From contig NC_058369.1 in the NCBI RefSeq assembly GCF_018350175.1, positions 24,244,001-24,308,000 of the forward strand: a DNA stretch of 64,000 bases. The letters run 5' to 3'. Source of the DNA: Felis catus (Eukaryota). Below the pieces are notes generated by a model, which was not told where the DNA came from, did no database searches, and was given only the letters and a program-made list of their open reading frames with translations. The translations under genes were made by a program, and so were the position numbers. Numbering within the stretch: position 1 is the stretch's first letter; every line of letters begins with the position of its first letter. Positions 51,890 to 64,000 of this stretch are shown piece after piece.

Positions 51890-52130
51890 TTTTATTTTTA
51901 TTTATTTATTTATTTTAATTTTTTTTTTAACGTTTACTTATTTTTGAGACAGAGAGAGACAGAGCATGAGCAGGGGAGGGTCAGAGAGAGAGGGAGACAC
52001 AGAATCTGAAAAGGGCTCCAGGCTCTGAGTTGTCAGCACAGAGCCCGATGCGGGGTCAAACTCACGGACCGTGAGATCATGACCTGAGCTGACGTCGGCC
52101 GCTTAACCGACTGAGCCACCCAGGCGCCCC
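51890..52130 (-). mobile_element. CAN-SINE (SINEC_Fc-like)
   Basis: TSD aacttcaaatttctt at 51875-51889 and 52131-52145. Confidence 0.96.
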
Positions 52131-53108
52131 AACTTCAAATTTCTTAATAACACACATGAAAATGGAGGCTGGTGAATTTACTGCTTCATAAAGAAGCTTA
52201 GGATTACCAAAGAAGCCCCATCTCTACTCAAGGGATGCAAAGTGACCTTCAAAATATCACTTCATTCTTGCAATGGGATCAATTGGTTAAAATCACCAAG
52301 ATGATTTTTGCCTAGGTCATCACTAACATTGGGCAAATAATTCCAGCCAAGAATAGGAGCTACACATGCTTAGTGATTATTTGTCCTGTATGATTTCATT
52401 AGTACCAGAAACTTTGGCATCAATTTCAAGCCACGATAAAGATACAAAATATTAAATGATGCCAGAACAAAGATGTTCTGCTTAGGCCGAACAACATGCA
52501 AACACCAATAACCATACAAACAGAATACACAGAGAGAAACTGCTATATGATGTAGTGGGTTGGGATTTTCTTATATTTTTTAGACTGACGAAGGCACTCT
52601 TTGAAAAAAACCTGGCAAGTCACAAACACTACTCTAGACAGTACATTTTAGTTACAAATATTTAAGCAACATATTATTTAAAACTATATTCAGTCCACAA
52701 TCAATATTTTCACGTCCCAAATAACTAGATAAAATATATGAAAAATATATTAAATGTGAATACAGAAATTAGATTTTCAGCCCCAAAGGGTACTAAAATC
52801 AAGTGCATTTTTTTTTCAAAAAAAAAAAAAGCCTTAAAGGTCACTTTTCTAAATGACTAGAATGCTGGCATTTAGCCAAAGAAATTTAAACTGGGTGATA
52901 CCTGCTGGAATATCCATCCCTGTTGGTGTGAATGGTGGATTTGGATGATCCACTCATCAGTCTAAGATGCTTTATTTCTATTATATATTCCCTATATTAC
53001 AGCTAACTAGTGCCTCCCTCTAAATTAGTTGATATGATCAGTGTAGTCAAAAGTTTCAATAATTTTAAATAATTTTAATATTTCAAGAGTGATATATATA
53101 TACATATA

Positions 53109-53149
<41 letters not shown>

Positions 53150-53159
53150 TCCTTAAAAA

Positions 53160-53373
53160 AAGTTTTTTAATGTTTACTTATTATTGAGAGGCAGAGAGAC
53201 ACAGAGCATGAGCAGGGGAGGGGTAGAGAGAGGGGGAGACACAGAATCCGAAGCAGGCTCCAGGCTCTGAGTTGTCAGCACAGAGAGCAACACGGGGCTT
53301 GAACTCACAAACTGCAAGATCATGACCTGAGCTGAAGTGGGTGGCCCAACCAACTGAGCCACCCAGGCGCCCC
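53160..53373 (-). mobile_element. CAN-SINE flanked by (AT)n (53092-53146) and (GT)n (53383-53422) microsatellites
   Basis: Head ends ...caggcgcccc at 53373. aagagtgat is repeated at 53085 and 53374. Confidence 0.93.
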
Positions 53374-53422
53374 AAGAGTGATGTGTGTGTGTGTGTGTGT
53401 GTGAGTGTGTGTGTGTGTGTGT

Positions 53423-53464
53423 ATAAAGTATGGATTATAAAGTATGGATTATAAAGTATGGATT
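53423..53464. repeat. 14-bp tandem repeat x3 (ataaagtatggatt)
   Basis: Three perfect copies. Confidence 0.95.
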
Positions 53465-53738
53465 CTTACACATCAAAAATATAAAAGAGAAAATAATAGT
53501 AATAGTTCAAACATCATATGCACATACACAAGATGTTCATCTCTGTAAACTTCTTATAATGATGCTAGAGAAAAAAGTGTAGCTAAAAATGTTAATCACA
53601 TCAGCTGAGACAATATTCAGAGATAATGGAGAGAACAACGTTATACAAAGTAAAAATCATTTTATGGAATACTATCTCAAGAGAAAGCCAAGACAAGTCG
53701 GATAGGCCATGCATGGGAAGAAGAGGAATCCTATAGAC

Positions 53739-53942
53739 CAGGGCTTGGTCTGGATCATCATTTGCTTTGGAGGGTGGGAAGCATCTCCTGTGCATTGCAG
53801 GATGTTTAGCAGCACCCCTGGACACTACCCACCAGATGCTTGTAGCAATCCCCCTGCTGTGACAACCAAAAACTATCCCCAGACATTGCCAAATGTTCCT
53901 GGGGTGGGAGGGCTGTAAAGTGTCTCCTGGTCGAGAACCCTG
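53739..53942 (-). mobile_element. MER20 hAT MITE
   Basis: gcattgcaggatgtttagcagca...gtgacaaccaaaaa...cagacattgccaaatgttcctgggg...gagaaccctg. Confidence 0.88.
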
Positions 53943-54640
53943 CCTCAGATTCACAGCCACCCTGGTTGCCGCTCCAATCCTTAGACGCCAGCCCAGTTCC
54001 TGGCTTCAGATGCAGAGTGAGCCTGCCTACACCGAGGTCAGACCTTAAAGTGAGCATCTCACAGCAAGGTGGAGCAGCTTCCCAGACCATGTCCTCTCGG
54101 ACCAGGTGAGAAGTCTCCCAAATCACAAATACATTGGAACTCATCCAGGCAAGTTGCTTAGATGCCTCAAATCTTATTTTGAGATCTTGGTTCTGTAAGC
54201 CAACTACCAAAACAAAGTGAAATTACTATGATAGCAAGCGTGGTGCAATCCTTTGAAAATGAAACAGCAAAACAATCCCGTGGCTTAGAATGGTACATAA
54301 AGAATCTCATGGGGGAAAAGTAAAACAAAAGTAAACTGAAGATTATCACAATCTTTTTTGTAAATATAGCTTAACATACATATTAACATACATTTTTAAC
54401 CAGAACTGATGTTGTATTTTATTAACTTAATTGGTTTCCTATTTTTTATCACATTAGTTACCTCATCTCTGTTGGTTGATAATGTATAAATACAGGCATC
54501 CTTTTGTGTCAACCTCAGGTAATTTGCTCATAGTAGAGTTTAGCTCTTAAAGTTAATGATCCCACTTGCCCCATGAGTGAGGCAGGATCACAAAACAGAA
54601 AAATATAAGAATAGTGGGGTGTTTAAGAATAGCTCCATCA

Positions 54641-54855
54641 GGGGCGCCTGGGTGGCGCAGTCGGTTAAGCGTCCGACTTCAGCCAGGTCACGATCTCGCG
54701 GTCCGTGAGTTTGAGCCCCGCGTCAGGTTCTGGGCTGATGGCTCAGAGCCTGGAGCCTGTTTCCGACTCTGTGTCTCCCTCTCTCTCTGCTCCTCCCTCG
54801 TTCATGCTCTGTCTCTCTCTGTCCCCCTCCCAAAAAAAATAAAACGTTGAAAAAA
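54641..54855 (+). mobile_element. Young CAN-SINE (SINEC_Fc) inserted into a MIR
   Basis: TSD aagaatagctccatca at 54625-54640 and 54856-54871. MIR-like sequence continues to ~55060. Confidence 0.96.
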
Positions 54856-55822
54856 AAGAATAGCTCCATCAGTTTCCTACTGGGTAGAGTCTGGACAAGT
54901 TACTCAAGTCACACAAGTGTAAACCAGTCTCCTCTTTTAAAAATAGGGATTGTGGTAGCACATATCTGCCATTAGGTTTGTCATAAGGACCCATAACCTA
55001 AGGATGCAAAGCCCTTAGCACAATGTCTGGTGTATAGTAAGGGCTCAATGAATAGTAAATAATCCTTTTGTTATAAAAAATTATCATTTGCATGGTCATA
55101 ATTAAAAATAACCATGAATGATCAATAATTCCATCTTATCACTCTATAGAATACCATGCCTCTAACAATCCAGTAAGTTAGAAGTGAGAACTAGAGGAGG
55201 AAGCATTAGTCTCTTTGCAGAGCAAGACAGTATACTTGATAAATGTCACATATTCTTTTTATTAAAAAGGAAAATGAAGCAAGAGTAGTTAAGTGCCCTT
55301 ACTCAAGCCTTAATCCATTTTTGCCTTGTCAGGGTAATGGAACCAAGGCTTGAGGTGTTAGATGTGGGTAGAGCAGAAGTAATTTCCTCATCCGTTTTAT
55401 TATCCATGGGGTGGTTCCATCTTGCAGCCTACAGAGAACATTCTGTCCTGGGAACAATAAGTGAGTCTAACATTTCACTGGGGCAAAAGACTCCTAATAG
55501 CTAACAATATTCTTGGGCCAGGAGTGGATCTCAAAATGATTTCTCTTCTCCCAAGTTCTCATTCATTCAGAATTTGCTGATATAATTTATTCACCCAATG
55601 CATATTGATTGAGGACCATCACCTGCCAAGAATTCTGCAAAAAGCTGGAAGTATCTTGATGATCACGGTTGGGGCACTCAAGGAGATTAGCCATGGGAGG
55701 GAAGCCAACACTCACTAAAGGGATGCAGAATTTCAAACTGAGCCAAGAAATGGTTCTTTAAAAGTATAAAACCTCTCCCAGCCTGCAATGTCAGCAAAGA
55801 CTTCCCAGTGTAAGTGACACAA

Positions 55823-56208
55823 GAACTGAGTGGAAATCTCAGGTGTAAAGCTTGGAACCACATTTCCCAGATTCCTTTTAGGGCAGGTTTGGTTAGATCC
55901 TACCAATGAGAGGCACCTGTGTGAAATTTGGAGCTCTGCCCCAGGACTTTAAATCTCAACCAACAGTGTGATGTAAGGAAGAGGGAGGAAGGTGAGAGGG
56001 CAGCCATCAGCAGAGAAAACACCTGAACAGACACTCCTGGTTATGAGATCATGGCACTCACTCTTTTCTCTTAGTCTTCTACAGCTGTCCTGACTCGATC
56101 ATTTCTAATCTTGTTCTACTAGCCAGACATTGGGGCTCTGGATATCCTTGCCATAAACTAACTCCCTTTTGCTCAAGGTAGCAGAATTAGCTTCTGCTGT
56201 TTGCATTC
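55823..56208 (+). mobile_element. Degraded ERVL LTR (LTR16-like)
   Basis: aaccacatttcccagattcc...ccaatgagaggcacctgtgtgaaatttggag, ending actcccttttgctcaaggtagcagaattagcttctgctgtttgca. Confidence 0.45.
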
Positions 56209-58984
56209 ATCAAGCAGTTTGTTTCTGGTAATATGCCATGTTGCTCTCCACTGTACTTACATTTAGGATTCTGCATGTCTATCTCCCCAACCAGACTATC
56301 AGCTTCCTGAGGACTAGAGAATATGTTATATCCCTTTGAGCCTCCAGGACCTAGAGTAGTGACTTACTGACACATAAGAAACACTCAGTAAATGCAAAAA
56401 TAATATGATTTTGCACGTGTTCAAAAAACAGGAGGCTTGCCAATAATAATATAAAAGTGCAACTGGATGTTTAAACACCAGGAAAAAGATCAATTGAGTC
56501 AAAAAGTGCTCCATACTTTACATCAACTTTACACCAACATGGAAATCTCCATGTTCTATAATCATCTTCTCAGGTAATTGTTTTTTATTTTTTATTTTTA
56601 ATAAACTTCATGAAGAAACCCAGTATGCTAATAACCATAGTCCTGTAGGGTCTTTACCTCTGAACTTATCATCATTCAGAATTTTCACCACCACACTTCC
56701 AAATTGGTAGAATAAAGCTGCTGAAGTGGGCAGGTCCATAGATGCCACCCCTAGAAGCCAATTCCACTCACACCTCCCTGCCCTTTCCAACCCACAGGGC
56801 AATCCATGAAGCCCAGTAGGTAGCTAGTGAACCTGGCTTCCAGAGAAATCACCATCTGTTTTTCTACCCCTAATAAATAAAGTGCCTCTGCTCTATAAAG
56901 TGGGACTGAGCCCTAGAATTAAAATGGAGATAGAACTTTTGTCCAATTTAATGACTTTTTAAAAATTTCTTGGGTAGTAGGTTCATGTTGCGTGAGCTAC
57001 ATAACAGTCTGAATTTGATCTGGGTCAAATAATGCTACCATGTCCTAAAATCCTGGACATTATACACTTTCCAAATGTACAATGTCATCAAGGTTTTATG
57101 ACATTTCCTACAAAAACTCAATAGTCAGGTAGCACTTCATCAGTTGAAGTCTGAATTCAGGTATGAGAACAGAATGTTAAGTCTGCAGCTTGAAAACTAT
57201 ACTGCTCCTCTGACTTCAGCATCACAGCCATAAGGGGATGCTCCACTGAACAATTTTCATACATGCACATTTTTGTCCCCCTACTAAAAGAACTCCGTAT
57301 CTGGGAATTATGGAGTGGAGGCAAATTGCAGTAGAACCAAAATCTATACTTGATGACTGCTGTGTTCCTACAAAAGCTTGCTCAGAGATATTCTGTCACC
57401 TGAGGTTCTCTGTTTCGTCAACTTCACTTCCTTCCTCAAGTAACAAAATGATTAGGGCATCGTGTCCATGCCTGCTGTCCAGACATGTGACCTGTTCACA
57501 TGGCTTATGGAGGACACGAGATTTCTGAGACTCAGACCTCTGAAGGCAAGGCTGACAGATACGAGGTGCAAGCCTAGCTTCGCCAGGTTAAACATGGCTA
57601 TGAAAGGAGCATACCCATTTCTATTGGCATCAAAACACAGTGCTGGTTGCCAAAGAGTCTATAAGAAAGAAATATTAAGTAATATTACGTGTCTGACATT
57701 GACATAAGTTTATTATTTCTTCCATGCCAACACACCCTAATCCAAAGCTTACGCTGTTCCAATCCAGACCTGCCCTAAACAGCCAATTAGGCTGAATGTG
57801 GTCAAAACTCTGAGTCTTCAGTCCCAAAGACAATGTTTCATTGGCCCATTAGCTTCTGTATTATTTCCACATTTTGACTAGATTTCTGAATTGTATGTAT
57901 TACTTCTTTGGGGATTATCTGTCCTTTACATTGCGGGTATATAGAATTCCTGCCCCTTCACTATGTTGCCAGTGGTGTTATTTCCTCCCCAAACATGTTG
58001 GTAAACACTCAGTGAAAAAAAAATGTAAAACTGAAGAACCTCTCCCAATACACATGAAATACTTCTAATCCATTATCTACATGGTTTAAATAAGTGGGAT
58101 TATGATCACGTTGCCCAAAGAAGTCATACAATTGGCTTTGCTCAAGAACTTCCAAACCAGTTCCAAACCTTTGAGTCTGGCTTATGGAGCAAAGTATAAA
58201 ATTTCGCAAACTGTGCCCATCAGCACATGTCTTTTGTCACTTATGCATTAAAAGTACCTTCCCAAAATCTTCATTCATAACATTAGTGCCATTTATTCCT
58301 CAAGAATAAGAGCACTTAGTCTCAACTCCTGGTAAAACAAGGAATTGTGATGCTCTTCCTTGATTGACAGCTGGTGTCATCATCATAAAACTTGAGGTCC
58401 ATACGCTAATTCTTTTAATTTGCACTAACCATTGTATTCTACTTTTCCAAAGACAAAAAAAAAAAAAACAAAAAACAAAACAAACAAACAAAAACAAACT
58501 TGCACCTATCTGGGTTGCCTACCTACCATAAGCTTCAGTGTCCTTCAGTTTCCTGGGTTAATAACTCTACCTGCCTCAAAGGATTATGATCAAGAGTAAG
58601 TAAAGAGTGCACATAACAAGCATAGCAAAATATCCAGCATACAGTGTTCAAAATAAGTTCTATAAATGTTAGCTTTCATCATCATTCACTCCTGGGAATT
58701 TTAAGTGAAAAGTTTTCTTTTGAATCCTTAGTACCTACTCTAAGAACTGCCACTCTGTCTCTCTGTTAGTCCCATCTGCCCTCAGCGGCCTCATTGATTC
58801 AAGGGTCCTTGGTCATGCCTTCCAAGATCTCTTCTAAACATCTGTGTCAATTAGTTGGCACTGCAAAGAGGAGATCAAAACACCTGGCTGGGCCTTGTCT
58901 GTAAAGATTCTGACAGAAATGAATTAATAATATAATCCATCAGATCACCAATACCTTGAGAGTGAGGATGGAAGCCACAGGGGA

Positions 58985-59110
58985 TAGGGGTGGCTTCATG
59001 GGCATGTGACTTGTGTAACTGCACAGGTCCCCACACTCTGAAGGGCCCCAGACTTGGTTTTATGCTCATTCAGAAATTCTCTTTGAACAATTTTCATTCT
59101 GCACAAATTA
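58985..59110 (+). mobile_element. MER91-like MITE remnant
   Basis: ggcttcatgggcatgtgacttgtgtaactgcacaggtccccacactctgaagggcccca. Confidence 0.5.
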
Positions 59111-60222
59111 TGTAGGTGGCTGCAACTGGAGATTTTTTTTATCAGAATGGTATAAATTGTTTTATGTTTTAAAAGAACTACTCCAGCTTGTGTGTTAAGA
59201 AGAGCCTATAGGAAAGGTAAGGGTGAAAGCAGGAAAAACAGCTAGGATGCTGTTGATATAAACAAGGTGAGAGATGATAGTGGCAAATGACACCAGGAGG
59301 AGGAGCCAGTTAGAGTCCATTTGTCTGCAGCTGCAGCTGCAGTAGGGGTGTCCGGCAATATGCCTGTCTGCAGCAGTGTCCCAGCCAGCTGGCTTGTCCT
59401 GCCCACTGTCAGTTCCTGCCCAGTTTCCACGCTGGCTGCCTATTAATCTGACAGCCCTATGCCTTTCCAATATATTTTATTTTCTTAAAAGATCAGGTAG
59501 TCGTTTTCTCTTCTTGCCTGTTCTTTTCCAGGGGACGGTAGGGGACCCTATGTTCCCCAAACTGTACATAGTAGCAAATGGGAATTTTTTGTAAATATCA
59601 GGGTACATTCCCCAAATCTGGATCCCTACATGGAGAAAGTGAGCTGCTGACGGTAAAACAGGAAAGAAGGGCCCTAGCTAGATCAAGCATCTTCTGTGTT
59701 AGCCCACTGTAGTCAGAACTTATTATATGTTCTCTGACAGATTGCAATTAAGTAATAGGTGTAAACATTACTCCCCCCACCAAATCCATATGGGTTCAGT
59801 ACGGTAAGAGCTACTAAAATTTACATAAATAAAAAATGCATCTAAAATACCTTCAAGACCCACAGAATACATTGTTCAACTCTTGGTAAGGAAAAAGAAA
59901 AAATTAACTTTTCAGACATTTTAATATTTTAGACATATATCTAAATTTGTACAATTATCCATATTTAAGCTGGAAACTATAAAAAGAATCATCTCTATTT
60001 ATTTTTCAGGCAGTCAAACAGAAAATTCATCAGTCCATGCTAAGAATGGCATGACACAACCACCAGTAAGTTAAGTACCAGCATGTTAAAAGTTTATACT
60101 TCCTAACCTAAAACTCTAAAAAAAATAATTTCTTCTTTTCCATGTACTCAAAAATTTCTCTGAAATGACAAAACATGGATGATACCAATTCCCAGACTGA
60201 ATGGCTTATGTCAACTACTTAC

Positions 60223-60390
60223 CTTCTTCTGAAGAACATTGATTTTTCTTTCCTTCACTTCTAACATATCTTTCATGTCTCGAATCTCTCCAGCCAGTGT
60301 CCCTTTCTCTTCTGTGAGGTCCTGCAGCTGTTTTGTTTTTTTATTGAGAAAAGACTCTTTCTCTTCCAGGCGTAATCTCAGTGCATCTAC
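60223..60390 (-). CDS. ERC2: ERC2 internal coding exon, 168 nt, phase 0/0 (VDALRLRLEEKESFLNKKTKQLQDLTEEKGTLAGEIRDMKDMLEVKERKINVLQKK)
   Basis: Manual minus-strand translation (missed by the ORF track). Acceptor ctttctttttcctgacttcag|GTA, donor AAG|gtaagt. Peptide matches ERC2 as I recall it (ESFLNKK, QLQDLTEEKGTLAGEIRDMKD) rather than paralog ERC1. Confidence 0.96.
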
Positions 60391-62138
60391 CTGAAGTCAG
60401 GAAAAAGAAAGAAGATTGTGGTTTTACACAGTGGTCATCAGTAACCATTAGGCCCGGGGAGGGAACAGGGCAGCAGTGCATCTTCTCAGCACAGCATGGT
60501 CAAACCATTGCTCATGGGCACCTCAATGCCATGCATTTTAACAGCCTGTATCCACCTCAAAGTCCTGTCATATGTGTATCTGAACTGTGACACTTTTTTT
60601 AATATAAGGTTTATATAAAATAAGCCATTATGAAATAGTAGTATGTCTCCCTGCTGTGAAACCATTAGCTAGAAAACAAAGCACATCACTATTCCATTGC
60701 ACAGGGAAGGCACAACACTGCTTGTGCTCTGCAACATCCTCCAGGAATATGGAGAACATGATGAGCCATGCCACAGACGTCTGGAAGAAGACAAACATGT
60801 AGAGAAACACTCCTGAAGGAGAAAAATACAAGCTGCCAAGAGGAAGGAAATGCTACTGGAGGAAGGAAATGCTGTGGAGATGACCACTCTCCAGTGTTAT
60901 GAAAGACTGCTTTCCAAATATGTAAGAAAAAAAAAGGCATACAAAAAATACCTATTTCTACCTTAGCTCAAAAATTAGATTATTACAATTCCTGCTTTTC
61001 AAATGTCAGTAATAGACATAAGGAAACATAAACATTATTTTTAAACTTAACATTCCAATGACCATATGCAAAAAAGGTTCACATGGATAATGTGAGGTTT
61101 TGGGGTGATGGAAAAATTTAATCCTCACCCTCCATACCAGGCATTTGATAGACAGTAGTTACATCAAAAATCAAGTAGTGATGCAAGCACGATATTTAGA
61201 GATATCAAAATAACCAGGCAAAAGGAGTTGAAAACAGGTTGTCTTGGGGAAGGAAAAATGGGGTAGGGGTCTGCTGTATCTGTTCACAAATCTTGTTGAG
61301 TAGTTTTTTATACTATACTACCAGCAAGTAAAATTTGGATGAAAAAAACACAAAAATTAAGGGAAAATGAGGTGAGAATACCATAATAAGCCAAAATAAA
61401 TAGTTTTGTAAATACTACCAAGACAGAGAATCAAAAGGCAACTTGGAACACTGGAAAGAGGACACTTTGGTTTTAGGTTGGATTCTGCTTCTATCTAGCT
61501 ATGAGAATCAGGACAAATAACTCTCACTCCCCCCTCCCCACCCAGCCCTCCAGCCTCAGTTTCCCCATCCATAAAACAAAGAGGTTGGAACCCCCTAAGT
61601 ATCTGACATTTTATGATTTTAAAGGCAAGAATCAGTCTTAGGTAGATCAGGGAAGAAATGATGATATTAGAGATTTTAAAAAGTTATCAGAGTAGAATCT
61701 CCTTTTCTTACCCCTTTCCAAAAAAGAAGCACCAAAGCTGTGTTTCTAAAGGTCAAAGGTGATGAGAGGTTGGTGAGTAGAGAGTTTCTCCAGTTTCTAT
61801 CCCAGGGAGGTGGATGAAGCAGGGAGGTCTCCACAAGGGAAGGGGTGAAACAGTGCTTATAAAGCCCTGTTGGCAGAATGACCCTGACCACATTATGAGA
61901 CAGGATGGACATTCTGTGACTGCACAGGGCAAAAACAGCAGATTCCTTAAATATTTGATAGTTGTGCTTCTTCTTACGTAGGGGCCATGGAAATCTAGCA
62001 GCTGGGATGTGAGAGGGATACTCATGTCCTAGGGATCTTCCTTTGACTAAAAGAAAATTCATGCCAGTTGCACTAAAGCTTCAGCATCCCAGATTCTCAA
62101 GATTGTTTAAACATCCCAGATTGTTTAAAGTCATCTCT

Positions 62139-62403
62139 TAATTCCCTTGCCTTTGGAGATGTGTCAAGTAAGAAATTGCTGAGGCTGAGGTCACAGAGGT
62201 TTTTTCCTGCTTTCTCCTCTAGGGTTTTGATGGTTTCCTGTTTCACATTCAGGTCCTTTATCCATTTTGAGTTTATTTTTGTGTATGGTGTAAGAAAGGG
62301 GAGGGTTGGTGATGGGTACTTAGGAGGGCACCTGTTGGGACGAGCACTGGGTGTTGTATGGAAACCAATTTGATAATACATTTCTAATTAAGAAAATAAA
62401 ATA
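62139..62403 (+). mobile_element. Short 5'-inverted felid L1 (antisense ORF2 piece 62139-62297 plus sense 3' end 62298-62403)
   Basis: Minus [34 protein letters not shown] abuts the sense 3'UTR end and A-tail. 12-bp TSD taaagtcatctc at 62127-62138 and 62404-62415. Confidence 0.92.
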
Positions 62404-63834
62404 TAAAGTCATCTCCATCTACCAACCCAAAATAATATCAATAGTTATCTTTGGGTTTTCATCCTATCTGGAAAAAAAATGTGATTTTTACTTTATACAT
62501 AAAGGATGGCATTTGGTAGGTTCTTTGGAAATTGGCAGGACATGTTGAGCACTCCAGATTACAGTAGTGGCTATAAGGGGTTACATTCCATTGAAAAGAT
62601 TTCCCACAGGCTGACTAGGATTCAGTGTGAATTTGAGAAGAAACTGTGGTCCTATGAGCCCTACATTCTAGCTATCAAACATGGATGGTCTGTATCTGGA
62701 CTAGAGGAAATGTCTAACATTCAAAACTTTGACGTAAATAAATTACAATTTGGGAGGTAGTAACGGATGCTGGAAAGAGTTTAGGAAAGGAGACTCTGCA
62801 CTGATGAATAATATGCTTAAAATTTACTGTGCCCTCTCACATGTGTGATCTATCAGTGCCCTGCCTCATCTTCCTGAACCTAGAAGAGACAAAACTCTGG
62901 CTGTAAGAATATCTCTCCTCCAAGAATAAAATAGAGACCAAGGATGGCCATGGTCAGCACACTGCTCGCAAACATCCAAATTCTACATGGCAGGAGGGAG
63001 CCTGTGCCAGCTAAGGTCTTCTGTTGGGAAGTTTATTTTCCATACACTCAAATGCATTTATTTAGCTTCAAAGGAATTTGAATCACGACCTTCAATCACT
63101 CCAGTCTATCCTCATAGCTTTGCAGTCTCCTGGAATCAAGAAACAAGGTTTAAGAGTCTTTTTTTAAAACAAAACTTTGACCTGAACTGTATCCAATTCT
63201 CAACCAACATTAGCCCAGTTTGCAGTAAGCAAGTATGACATCATTTCTAAAATCAAATTTTAACTTCCAGATGGTACAAAACCACAAGCAGGCACAAAGG
63301 CCTCCTGATGCACAGAAGTTTAAATACAGGGACGATCAGGCAAGAAAGAATACAGTCTATCAAAAATTAGACTATGTACTTCCAAGCTGGGTCCCCTTCA
63401 CAAATATTCTGATTTCACTCAACAGTGTACATCATTTATAAAGGAATCAGAAAAGCCTTGAAGGTTAGATTATATTCCAACATCAGGTAGAGACATAAAA
63501 GTTAAAATGTTTGGGAATATGAAATACCTTTCTCTGCCTCTTCACTCAACACCAAATAATTTTCAGGGCCTTAACTCTCTCTCTTAAACTTTGGCAGTTG
63601 ACTCAATAATAAAACTTGGCAAAGCAAAGAGCACCATCATTTCCCAGAAAAACAAAAGAAAATTAGAACTGTATGATATAGTCAATGCACAAAGACCCAG
63701 AGGTTGAATTTCCAATTTTTACATATGACTTAACCGCATGGGAACTAGTCACCTAATGTTAAAACTAGGACAATCTTTTCATTTTAGGAGAATTACTCAT
63801 TTCCTTCTGATCCAGTTGTATGAATACTTGTCTC

Positions 63835-63861
63835 TGTGTGTGTGTGTGTGTGTGTGTGTGT
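63835..63861. repeat. (TG)n microsatellite
   Basis: About 13 perfect units. Confidence 0.95.
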
Positions 63862-64000
63862 TAAGAGCATGTAACATATGAAAATTTAACCTTTTATCTG
63901 GCAATATAAAGCATGAAACATTTGTTATCACTTCAGTTCCAGTTAATAACTTGAAAGAAAAGGACCATGGCAATAAAATTGGCAAAAATTGCCAAAATCG

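Larger units (their letters stand above)
10157..60222 (-). other. ERC2: ERC2 intron, 50,066 nt, GT-AG
   Basis: Bounded by the donor at 60222 and the acceptor at 10157. The flanking exons join in frame. Confidence 0.9.

Noticed and set aside
53423..53464. Short direct repeats as a CRISPR-like array
   Set aside because: No spacers, eukaryotic context, simple tandem triplication.
1420..60390. Assignment to the paralog ERC1
   Set aside because: Diagnostic residues (ESFLNKK, QLTNLKDRV, RERDDRERLEEIESFRKE) fit ERC2 as I recall; BLASTP would confirm.

Overview
Mammalian (felid) genomic DNA, not prokaryotic. The window lies inside the ERC2 (CAST1/ELKS2) gene on the minus strand. It contains three consecutive phase-0 coding exons (60223-60390, 10019-10156, 1420-1560) encoding 149 aa of coiled coil, separated by introns of about 50.1 kb and 8.5 kb. 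The rest is intron dominated by transposable elements: cat-type CAN-SINEs (many with intact target-site duplications, TSDs), young and ancient L1s, MaLR/ERVL LTRs, hAT MITEs, MIR/L2 relics and microsatellites. Almost all ORFs in the track are repeat-derived or chance. I found no evidence of a new gene or a new biological system. The most interesting signals are insertion anatomy: a ~200-bp polyadenylated non-repeat insert with its own AATAAA nested in an LTR with two young SINEs, two 5'-inverted (twin-primed) L1s, and a breakpoint shared by two independent L1 copies. Repeat subfamily names are by-eye recognitions, not database results.
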